From Gonapodya sp. JEL0774 (Eukaryota): a stretch of DNA of 64,000 bases. Each line of letters opens with the position of its first letter. Within the stretch, counting starts at the first letter, position 1. Positions 53,731 through 64,000 of this stretch are shown one piece after another. The notes under the pieces are model-generated. The model was given only the letters and a program-made list of their open reading frames with translations, was not told where the DNA came from and made no database searches. Where the stretch lies: positions 62,001 to 126,000 of the forward strand of contig JADIIX010000006.1 in the NCBI GenBank assembly GCA_027604505.1, written 5' to 3'. The translations under genes were made by a program, and so were the position numbers.

Positions 53731-55136
53731 ATGCCGCTTCTAATGATGTGTGGGCTGCCATGCAGTGGGAAAACTCGCCGCGCTCTGGAAATAAAGTCCT
53801 TGCTGGAAGGGCTTGGGGATGGTTGGACTGTCGATATCGTCAATGATGAGAGTTTAGGGATCACAAAGAGCCAGGCATATGCATGTGCGTTCTTCGACGC
53901 TTGTACAACTTTAGTTCCTGACTAACGCTACGGAAGGGATTGAAATCGATGCTGAAACTCCCCGGGAACATATTTTTTCCACATCGTATCATCATCAACA
54001 GCCGCCAACGCCGAAAAGCCCGCCCGCGCCGCTCAAATCTCCACCCTCGAGCGCTTACTTACCTCAGACCCCCGTCGTATTCTCATTTCCGACTCTTTGA
54101 ACTACGTGAAAGGGTTTCGGTACCAAATTCATACGCTCGCAAAGAACCACTCGACGCCAACTGCCGTCGTGTGGTGTGGCACAGATCAGTCTTTGTGCAC
54201 GGAGTGGGATACGGCGAGAGGTGTCGGCTACGGAACGGAGATGTGAGCACTGAACAGAGACCAGCGCCCCGACCATCTTTGCTGTGTCTCCCAGTCTGAA
54301 GCGGGCCCGGCAAATGATCCTCATGAGGCCAAAGAAGGATTATGGCTACGCGGAATCAGGAGCTGGGAACCATGGACTGCGCTCCAACCTCTGATACATC
54401 TGTCCACGTCAGCCTCAGTTTCTTCCTCACCACCGCTCCTGCCCGATCCCACCCGCAGAATTGCCTCTCTCTGTGACCGCTTTGAGGAGCCTGACGCCCG
54501 CTCACGATGGGACTCGCCACTGATTACAGTTCTTCCTTCCGACACACTGTCCCTCCCTTCTGAGAATCCGGAGGGAGTGTTTGCGCGGGTACTGAAAGCG
54601 GTGTCGGGCGGAAAAAACGTTCGACCAAACTTGGCCGTAGTCAAGGTACTTGGCGGGTGATTGTTTCCTGATGTCGGAAACTCGAGCTGATTGATAAGAC
54701 TCCTCACCCTGTTCACTGTCCACAGAACACAACCCCCTCTCCAACATTACTCCCGCTCCTCGAACGCGCCTCTACACTCATAATCTCACTTGCTCCCCCT
54801 TCTCATACCTCTCTCACGTCCCAACCTCCCTCATCCGTTTCCATACCTATTCCGGGTTCCCCAACTGGAGCCACGCTGGACCTTCCCGGCCGCCATGTCA
54901 GCCTCTCTGAGCTCCGACGGTATAAGAATACCTGGGTTGGTCTCGTTGGACGAGGTAAACTGCCGGCAAGAGTGGGTGAGGTCACATCCAGTTCGCCCGG
55001 TGGTATCAGTGCAAACACGCAGCGGACGGCTGCCGTTTCAGGAGGCAAAGAAGATATTGAGGAAGCGGTAGTAAGGGTAGCGGAAGCATTTGCAAAGTAC
55101 TTGAATGAGAACTTCGGGGGGGGAGAGCCACTCTAG
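53731..55136 (+). CDS. KTI12: Elongator-associated protein Kti12
   Basis: MPLLMMCGLPCSGKTRRA (P-loop), DSLNYVKGFRYQI, RFEEPDARSRWDSPLI. Stop TAG at 55134-55136. Confidence 0.9.
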
Positions 55137-55211
55137 ACCAGGCAAAAATGTAACGTGGAATGTGAACTAAACATAAACAGGAATTGTACTTCAGGCCATT
55201 TTCCTTTTATC

Positions 55212-57787
55212 CTATCGAATAAGACCTGGCGCTGTTCTCGATTCTCCTGCCATCCCATTTTTGCGCCTCCCGTGACGCTCTACTACATGCCTCACAATGT
55301 CTGCGATCTTCCTCCCTCCACCTTCCTCTGCCTCAAAATATCCTATCCGCACTTCCCCCTGTCGCAAATTCATGTACACTACCATCCGTGTCTTATCCCT
55401 AGCCACAACGTGACTCAGATCGGTCAATACACATTGCAGCTGTGGCTCCGGTGAGTCCACAAAGGTGTCAGCTGAAAATCGCACATACCCAAGACAGATC
55501 CCATTTGTAAACGCTGCTCGCGACGTTACTGAAAAGTCCCAACCTGGTAGGTTATGCCGTTCCACATGCGGTCCCCATGGCTCCACGTCATTCCACGACT
55601 CAAAATGCTCTTTCACAAAATCTACGGCACGCTTGATAGTTTCGAGCACCCGTGTATCAGAGAAGTAAGCCACTAGAATATTCAAATCCTCGGTGTACCG
55701 CAGGAGTGTCTGGCATCGGTATCGTTGGGAAAGGTGATGTATCACGGCTCTTGCAACTGCAAACATGAACTTTGGTTGTGCAAGGTGGACTAGAGGCTCT
55801 TCATCATCGCTAACAATCATTCTGGTGAATCGCCCTGAGCTGATACTGGCATGCAAGAAACATGTGACTACGTCGTTTGCAATCTCCCCAGCAATTTGAT
55901 GGAACTCTTGACGAACGAACATGAGTGGATCACTGTCTGGCAAGCGGAATTGGCCTGACGTTGTCTCCATAAACCGGACTAGCTGATCTCGTACCCGCAA
56001 TAAAGTCCGCCCGTCAACCTTATCAACAATTTCACTAACGTCCCACTGAACTTTTCTGCCACCTGGTCCGACATGTCCACGAGTTTCAAAGACGTCCTTC
56101 GCTTTTACACCGCCCCAACAGGTCAGGAAATAGGAACCAAGTGACACGGCTTGGAGCGCAGATTTACTCCATTGGTCAGGTAGTCGTTCAAGGAAATCGG
56201 GACAGATTCCATCCGGTCCAAGAACCGGATGAAGGCCACTTCGAGCAAACACAGTGAGTCCAAACTGTGACCGGGTCAACGCAACGTAGATACACTGTTT
56301 GAAATCATTCTCAAACTCTTGCTGCGTCGGGCGAATAGAGTGGCCCAACTTGGCGTCAAAATCGAGAACTACGGTAAAAGCGGCTGTGTCCCCTTTGGAC
56401 TTGTGAATGGTGGATACATCAATTGGGACGTCCAGCCCAACCGAAGATAATTGGCCTGAGTCGTCAAACATTCCTCTACTTGGCAGAACGTCGTACCGCT
56501 GGTTGAAAGACACCCCCCGGGATTCAAGGTAATTACAGAAACTGGAGAGAAGGGCACGATTTCGACCCAAAACTAGCACACGGCGGTACGGGAAGGAAGC
56601 AGGAATCTTCCGGCGAATACGATCCCGGTAGTCCTCAACGACACCCAGTACCATATCAAAGTATGCATCAGATTTCAGATCGCTCTCTTGACCCTTGGCG
56701 TGCCTCACCCGTATGGCATGTACAGGGTGTAGACCATCCAGCACATCGTTAGCAAAATCATCTGAATGACCCGTGGGGAGATATTGGTGGAGAGCAGGCG
56801 ACTTCGCTTCCCACTTTTCTGTTGCGGTATTCGTTGAACGTGCCTCCAGCGAATGCCTCACTCTGTTCACAAACGACAGCGTTTGACTGCTTTTGCATCG
56901 CCAGTTAAAAGGCAGAGAATAGTCGTCCATTCTGAGTTCTATAGCACTTCCGAGCTTTCCCTCAAAGACTTCGCCATCCGCTCCGTTCCACCCGTTAATG
57001 CGTTGCAATGGATCGCCAACAACTGTAACCGACGTGTTGCGCAGGATTGACTTCATTTCACACAGTAACGTTCCCAAAAACTGACCAAATTCCATGGTAC
57101 AGTCTTGCGCCTCATCAACGATTATTGAATACGTGGCAAAAGGGAAGAGAGAATGGTCGCCAAGTCCCAGGGCTTGAGTGAAGTATAATGGGCCACGTTC
57201 TGCCAGACGCCTGGTCGCAAGTGTTATTCGAATTCGAAGATGATCCTCAGGACAAAGCTGACGAAATGGAAAACTCAATGGTACTTCAATAGTGCTTCTC
57301 CCCATCCCCATCCCCACATGTCACCTTTGTCGCGAGAGAGTGAAACGTGTAAATCCTGAGAGGCACATTCCTTGGAAGCATGCCAAACTCTTCGAGGACC
57401 AGGCGATCCCACTTGCCTCGGAGGTCACGACAAGCGTTTTCGTTGAAAACGACGATGAGAAACTGCTCTATCTTGAACTCTCCGGATTTAATGTGGTGGA
57501 AGACATGACTGATGATCGAAGTGGATTTGCCAGATCCTGCCCCAGCGAACACTCGTTTGTTGCGCTGGCAATGGGATGAAGACGGTGAAAGCGACACTAG
57601 TAGGAACGCTGTCGACGCTTACCGAAGGTGGGCTCCTCCTGAATGCATCAATTTCGCTGAACCGTCCGGGATCAGTTGAAAGCTGGCATGGACGATGAAG
57701 CGATCCACCCCAACAAGACGACGATAGCCATGATTGTCGAGAGCCCAGTAAGATCCTTTGAGCAAAACGGATTTGTTGCTTGCTCAT
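55212..57787 (-). CDS. UvrD/Rep-like superfamily 1 helicase with uncharacterised C-terminal domain; start approximate
   Basis: Motifs I AGAGSGKST, Ia VVFNENA, Ib TFHSLA, II DEAQD, III VGDPLQRINGWNGA, IV NWRC, V STIHKSKG, VI YVALTRS. Phase-0 introns 57565-57622 and 57258-57324 join the ORFs. Confidence 0.9.
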
Positions 57788-57946
57788 GAGTGCGGCGACG
57801 TGGCATGTATGATGCATGCAAAAGAAGCACACCCGCAACCGTCTCCATGTGCGGGTTTGTCCCCAACATCGTAATCCCCCATACAAGCAGCTCGTGTACA
57901 TAAATTGACGTTGGAGGGGTCTATACTACTGTTGCATGACATATAC

Positions 57947-60683
57947 TTACACCCATACCTCTTGACCTGTTGCAATGTCCCCCTGGATTATATCAGCCGT
58001 CTGAGTAGTACCAGTCAATGGGACGCGAACGCTGAATTGCAATAAGCATAAATACCTTTTCTGCTACAGCGTACACTACTGATATCGGATTTGCCTGGGG
58101 TGAGCAGGGCCGGACGGGAAGATGTAGGGATACATATTAGTACTTCATGTTCTGCTCCTTTGGAGCTTTCTTTCCTTCCAGTACGTACCGACACAGACCC
58201 CGGAAACACTGAAGCATCCACTACTCTCAGCCCAGTGACATTTCGTACCTGTAAGCGTTCGTCAACTACCGAAGAACTATCGAGACCCATGCGGCATGTA
58301 GAAACTCATTGAAAAAGCGGAAGTGGGCATCATGACGAGAGTATTTGCGAGTGCAATCGTATGATCCCTCACCTGGATGAAATATTGTAGTTGCCTCCAC
58401 AATTTCCGTTCGGATCAGGTCAAATGAGACTACTGCGAACGTCTGCTCAGAGGTCTTCCGATTGTCTCACTGTTCTCCGAACATGCTCTTCAAGCACCAC
58501 CTCATCGTCTTCACTGGTTGCCCGTGCGACAGAGTTCAGCAGTTCCGTCACTGGCATCAGTTCCTCTGCCATGGCGACTCTCCGTGCAATCTTCAGTCCT
58601 GACGCAAGGGTCGATAAATCGTCTGGATTAGACAGGTAGTTTGGCTATAGAGAAAAATGATTGGTTCGTCCTCAGAACACGTGCTGACCATGCAGCCAGC
58701 CACTTACTTCGATGCCCGGATACTGGAATGGATCTGTACTCCGCAGCAATAATTGGCCAACAGACTTAGGTCGGAGCAAAACAGAAGAAAACATGAACCC
58801 GAGCTTTTCCGGACCAACTAGGAGGGGCCTGGCTCGGTGGACGAGCCAAGCCAAGGGAAAGTCAGCGTCGGTGTATGCTCCCTGCATATTGCTTACTTTG
58901 TTGCAGTAGGTGCTACGTGGAATTCAATGTCTGGAGCTGAATGGCTACTGGGAGTTCGGACAAACGCAAGGATCTGAGCCTATTGGCAGAAGGCGGAAAT
59001 CCGTACATGCACGTTGACCATTCCAGTGAATGCACAGGTTGTTGATTGTTTGGCTCACTGTGTGCGCCGCAAGTAATCCCTTTCCCAGCACTCGGGCGTC
59101 GAAGAGCGCTCTGAAGTACTCCCAATCGAAATCCCACAAACTCCTTGAGGAAGTGAAAGGCTGAGAATTGCTCATATTACTTTGTTGGCAGGAGAATACT
59201 TGAGGAACTACCAGGTGATCCTGAAGAAATTGGCCCACTGGAAGGTCAATGAGTGATTCCAAACCGACGGAACGGAGGTGCGAAGCGGGGCCGATTCCCT
59301 GAAGCGCAAAGATCGGAGCATTTTCCGTAAACTTGCACGATAGTGCGTTAAGATGTACACTGACCGAAAGCATAAGAATATGAGGTGAGCCCACAGCTCC
59401 TGCACAGAGCAGAATCTCACGGCGGGCTCTTGCAACGATGGTTCTGGGAGGGCTTCTGCCAATTGCTTTGGAAGAAGAGTCAAAAAACTCTACAGCAATT
59501 GCCCTATATTGGGCATCATTGGACTGTTTCGAAGTCCTCGCCAGTTGCACTCGGCTGACATGGGCACGGCTCACAACCGTCAAGTTTTTTCTTGTTGCGG
59601 CACCAGAATTGTTCACCCAACATTGCCACGCATCGCATCGAACACCTTTCAGGGTTGTAGTCTCAACCAATCCTGCACGAGGTCCTGGAGTCTCATTGAT
59701 GTCAAGACGATTTATCATCGAGGTGAATGGAGCAACTGTGGAGCGCTCGAGAGCCGAGAGGAGGACACGAGAGAAAGGATGGACTTGATCAGTATCCTTG
59801 TGGAGATGCGTCACAGGTAGAGCTCCGGCAGTTCCACGACCCGACAGCATCAGGCTTTTGCCATCAGCGGTGACCAAACGCTCGACACGTCGGAAATAAG
59901 GTTCGAGGGCGGAGAAAGACCAAGAGGAAGGCCAGTTGTCGAAGTCGCGAGGGTCGGGCAGGACGTAGAGGGCAGCGTTCAATGTGGAAGATCCACCGAG
60001 AGCCTGCCGGTATCGGTACTCTTCGCGCTTTCTACATTATCTGGCATCCCGAGCGCAATCTCACCTTTCCGCGGGTCTGAGGGGTATTGGTTTGTTGTTA
60101 CATACTCGAAAGCACCATTCAGGCTCACCCAACTGATGACTCTTCCGTGTAACTCTGGTTGCGGAGTTGTCTTGAATGACCAGTCGTGCTCGGAGCCGTA
60201 GAGAGTGTGCTGATCCCTGAATCACGAATCAAGTCTGTCACCGTGCATCGGGCCTTCCTCCTAAAGCAGGCGTTACGTACTTTAGCATACGCATACGGGC
60301 ATCAGTGTTATCGACCCCGGCTTCCAATACGAGAACTGAGATAGACGGGTTTTCTACAGTACGACATAGTAGAATTTATTCATTTCGGTCCATTCATGGA
60401 TTTGCGAGAGCCAAGACTCTCACCGGAAAGCCTGGCGGCAAGGATGGATCCTGCTGAACCAGCACCAACGATAACATCTTGAATGGTCGTGTGATTGGTG
60501 TGATGAGAGCAAATTGAAGCTCAAAACAACGATTTTTAGATCCTCACAGTCGTACTCAATTGCTTGCACGCGTTCCAGAAGTTGTTTCCGTCGGGCTCTC
60601 CTGCAATGCGACATCACAGCTCGGGCGATCATGGTGAGTGTTGCCGCGATAGCGGCAAAAAGCAGACGATTCTGAACATTCAT
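57947..60683 (-). CDS. GMC (glucose-methanol-choline) FAD oxidoreductase with N-terminal hydrophobic segment, multi-exon
   Basis: [84 protein letters not shown]...VVDERLQV...[24 protein letters not shown]. Confidence 0.92.
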
Positions 60684-60841
60684 GTCGCGGCCGGCACAGG
60701 CTGAGCTTAGAAGAGAGCTCCAGGAATTGCAAGTGGCTGGAACGTGAGCCAACTTGTGTCTGAGGCCGCGAACATACATTTACCAGTAGATACAATCGTT
60801 CTGAGTTAAATACAGCACTCAAAATAAATGGAGCGTTCATT

Positions 60842-63034
60842 TCAATGCCACCGCCCAGAATATTGTTCGGCCAGAGTTGTGTTTGATGCGGGAAGGGTTG
60901 TATTCTGCTGACCTTCTAAAGAGGATATCCGTGGGTTCTTTGGTGTCACGCCAGTATTCGAGTGGAGTAGTGTCGCACTGTGCTGGAAGTTAGTTTGTGG
61001 TACCGATGAGGAATAGTTTAGACTCCCAGAGGGGTCAGTGAGGGTTGGTCCCCTGACGTCGAGCGACTGTGAAATCGCACGGTCACATCCATTTGTCAAA
61101 ACAAGAACAAAAAATTGCAACAGAGAGCGATGAGCGACTCGTTTTGATCGCCTCCCCCGATGAGCCAGACACACAAAAGTGCAGAAATGATACTCAACAG
61201 CAACACTCGTCAAGACCGACGAATTCCCCATTCGAAACGTCGACGTCGGCGCAAGACGCGCGCTACTCCACACAATCGATTCCATTCGACTCCTCGGGGA
61301 CCAGGAAGGCATGGACTCGGCCAGACGGAGACAGTCCAGCGGGACGACTCCGGTCTGTCCGGTTTCGACATTGCAGACGACGCCCCATCCATCACGGAAC
61401 ACCGTCTGGATTCCGACAAATGTGCCCGGTACGAGTGTCAGTTCGTCTCCGGAACTTGCCGTGAACTAAGAACATATGACTGGATATCAGGGTTGTCCCT
61501 CCTGGAAAGAGAAGCCGCTTATTACGCACCCGTGTTTCGACCAGATACGGCGTGCTCTCAAAGCACTCCACACTTTGCGCGTCTTCCAATCCCGCTGGGC
61601 CTGCGATCCTCAAAAAGAACCAGTGAGCTTGCCCTACTCCCGTCACCGGCCCGACCGCACCAGAGTACACGTTCGAAGCAGTCACTAACGACGACATATT
61701 GGTGGACGACGAATTGTTTACGGTCGTGTCCGGATGTGAACTCGTCCAGGAGTCGTGCCCGTGCCCCCGGTGCAGTGGTGTGCTCTCGTCCGAGGGGGGG
61801 TCGGGTCCCGCCACCATCTTGCTGAGTAATGGCACGGCAGCACCTCGGTGGCGGTCGTCGACTCCGCTTCCTTTCCGTCGGCGTAAAAGGAACAATGACG
61901 CGCCGCATATGAGGCCCAAACCGGCCAAGCCGCCGACAGTACCTCCGACAATCGCGCCTACAGGAGCACCCTGGGCCATCGAAGCTATAGGGGTCCCACT
62001 GGAAGTTGTGGCTGATGTCGTAGATGCGCGAACAGTCGTCCCACTGGCGGAACCAGGCGACGTCTGTGTACGGGTGGTGATGGTCACGGTGCCTGGGTAA
62101 CTGACCACTGTTCGACCACTGCACTGGGCATTATTCCCGAAAATGAATCCCTGAGTGAAATTCATCCTGCACGAGTCGGGAATACAGTCACGACTGCACG
62201 CAGCGAGGAGACTGTTGCTGTTGTTGGTAGTGAGGCTGCACGTGGATAGCGTCTGGGGCAAGACGCAATCCACCAATCCGGAAATATTGTTGTAGCTGAG
62301 GAAAATCTGCGACAAGTTTGTCTTGCGAGAGAGGTCGGGGAGAGTTCCCGAGAGGCGATTTTGTGCCAGATCGAGGTAGTCCAACCTGTCCGGGATCGTG
62401 GTGTAAATCGGACCAGAATAACGATTCTGTCCCAGAACGAGCCGACCCAAACTCGACAGGTGAGATAGGGATGGCAAGTTCCCGGTGAATTTGTTGTCGT
62501 GGAAGTCCACCCAAATGAGGTGGGAGAGGTTCGAAAACTTTGGACCGGTACCGTTCAGATTGTTCGAGTACATGTCAATGCGCTCCAAGAACGATAAACC
62601 CTCGAGAGAGGGTACGTTTCCACGAAGATTGCGTTCGTAGAGATACACCTCCTTGACGCGAGCGGTGTCGTCGGTATAGTTTTTCGTGGTGCAGACGAAA
62701 CTCTGAAAGTAACAGCATTGGCTTTGAGGCCAGGGGAAATCAAGATTCGACTGATTGTAGATTTGCTGTGTTTCAGTTGGAGAATGGAGTCCATGTCATT
62801 TCGTTGATAATCGTTTGAAGGAGAGAAATTGGGAATGTACCTCGAACGGTTCACAATCCGACGCTTGGTTTTGTGCGAGCGAAACTCTTGTCTGGATGAT
62901 GAGTAGCGAGAACAGAGCGCATAGAAGGATATGAGGGCGCTCTGACGTGGAATCATCGGAAATCAGGTTGTACTCCTTTGCGACAGAGGCCAGAACTTAC
63001 CTCTCAACTCTCTGGAGGTCCTCCATGTATCCAT
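60842..63034 (-). CDS. Single-pass membrane protein: signal peptide - LRRNT - plant-type LRRs - Ser/Thr stalk - TM - cytoplasmic SH3 domain; 3' end approximate
   Basis: ATG at 63034 splices to HILLCALFSLLIIQTRVSLA; QCCYFQSFVC...RVKEVYL cap; LxxLxLxxNxLxGxxP repeats; TM AIVGGTVGGLAGLGLICGASLFLL-RRRK; intron 61466-61529 yields YLVETRFTASSGDELTLVPGTFVGIQTVFRDGWGVVCNVETGQTGVVPLDCL. Confidence 0.85.
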
Positions 63035-63249
63035 CGACTCCCTCGATGTTCTTCTCTTCATATAGTCGCAGTCTCCTTAACGAGTTTATGACTGTGTCAT
63101 TCGGTTTCAGAATGATTGTGTGTATCCCGACGAGCTCGCCTATCCTCCATAGAATGGATGAGGCCACAGCGGGAGCGAGGTGAAAACCCACCGAGGAGGT
63201 GAGCGAAGGTGGAGGACGAGGAGAGGAGGGCTCCTGGGGGAGAAGCAAT

Positions 63250-63288
63250 GGGGGGGTGGGGGGGGGGGGGGGGGTTGGGTGGGGTGGG
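63250..63288 (+). repeat. G-rich tract (G17 run plus GGG tracts)
   Basis: gggggggtgggggggggggggggggttgggtggggtggg in the divergent intergenic region. Confidence 0.8.
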
Positions 63289-63657
63289 AGCAGTGGAACG
63301 AGGGGAATGGTGGGTGGGGAAGCAGGACGTGAGGGGGGCTGGGCGGGGGCAGTGACAGCAGAGAGGCAACACCGCCTCCTGTTATTTCCAAGAATGCACG
63401 TCACCACTATTTATCTACATATGCATGCAAAGAATGCTACATAATGTTCCAACCGTTTGAATTGCTTACATAAGAGCACCGTCTCAGAAAAAAGAGCTTC
63501 AGGAGGACTGGACTGTGGGGTGAAAGGAGTGTGACCGAAGCACGTTGCTGTGGTCACCGAGACAGTCATCAGTCCTATCGCTCTCCCCGTTCCCAGCCAG
63601 CTGCTCTCTTGTGACCACATCTGTCCCAGCTCTATACCATATACATCCAGCACGAGA

Positions 63658-64000
63658 ATGGATGAATCCTCATCTGCAAACTCTCATGCCCCATCTGCTT
63701 CCAAAACCTCAACTGACCAGTTCGAAATTCAAGCTCGAAGGTTGCTCACATCTACCATCTTGCGCGACAACTCACCCTCCGTCTACGCTCCCTGTCTGGC
63801 AACTATTCTCAAGTGCACTACAAATATCCTCGAGAGTCCCAACGAGCCCAAGGTGTTGTATTAGTTGCATGATGAATTTCTTTGAGGCGGGAACGGCTGT
63901 GAAGTGAAATAGTGGGGAACTCCATCATGCAGTTCCGTACCATCAAAACTCGAAACCCAGTTTTCACGAAATCGGTCGCTGCCTGTGTGGGTGGCACGGA
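63658..64000 (+). CDS. PUB (PUG) domain protein, p97/Cdc48 cofactor-like; runs off the window
   Basis: CLATILKCTTNILESPNEPK|FRTIKTRNPVFTKSVAACVGG matches the PUB pattern LxKxxxNIxxxPxExKFRxIxxxNxxF....GG. Confidence 0.8.

Noticed and set aside
53731..55136. Possible PSTK (selenocysteine tRNA kinase), since some early-diverging fungi use Sec
   Set aside because: The motifs DSLNYVKGFRYQ and RFEEP...RWDSPL are characteristic of the paralog Kti12. I found no in-frame TGA requiring Sec in the genes reconstructed, although not every exon was checked.
57258..57324. Apparent frameshift between helicase ORFs 57286-57597 and 55212-57317
   Set aside because: Explained by a canonical 67-nt phase-0 GT-AG intron.
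62997..63444. Pro-rich and Gly-rich ORFs over the G tract
   Set aside because: By-products of G/C homopolymer composition. The in-frame ATG at 63034 already supplies the signal-peptide exon.

Overview
Intron-rich, gene-dense eukaryotic DNA. A fungal Zn2Cys6 transcription factor and a CipC-like gene occur together with the flagellar gene CFAP69, which points to a zoosporic (chytrid/monoblepharid-type) fungus; this is an inference. About 26 protein-coding genes were reconstructed by manual GT-AG splicing, so most exon boundaries and some starts and stops are approximate. Housekeeping genes include 3-hydroxyacyl-CoA dehydrogenase, an OTU deubiquitinase, a PECR-like SDR, ERCC8/CSA, an NFX1-type zinc finger protein, UBE2W, prolyl 4-hydroxylase, FOL3, KTI12, an APH/ACAD10-like phosphotransferase, a GMC oxidoreductase and a PUB-domain protein. 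The most unusual items are: (1) a single-pass receptor with signal peptide, plant-type LRR ectodomain, TM helix and a cytoplasmic SH3 domain that only appears after splicing; (2) a compact UvrD/Rep helicase with a possible degenerate nuclease tail on a 2-kb intronless exon; (3) a small orphan ORF with a 22-aa internal repeat that differs almost only at synonymous sites; (4) a two-TM protein with a large Cys/N-glycan ectodomain (ENaC/P2X/PAC-like topology); (5) a Zn2Cys6 TF + 2OG-Fe(II) dioxygenase + SDR mini-cluster, with an inverted SDR paralog 8 kb away. No rRNA, tRNA, CRISPR array or transposase was recognised.
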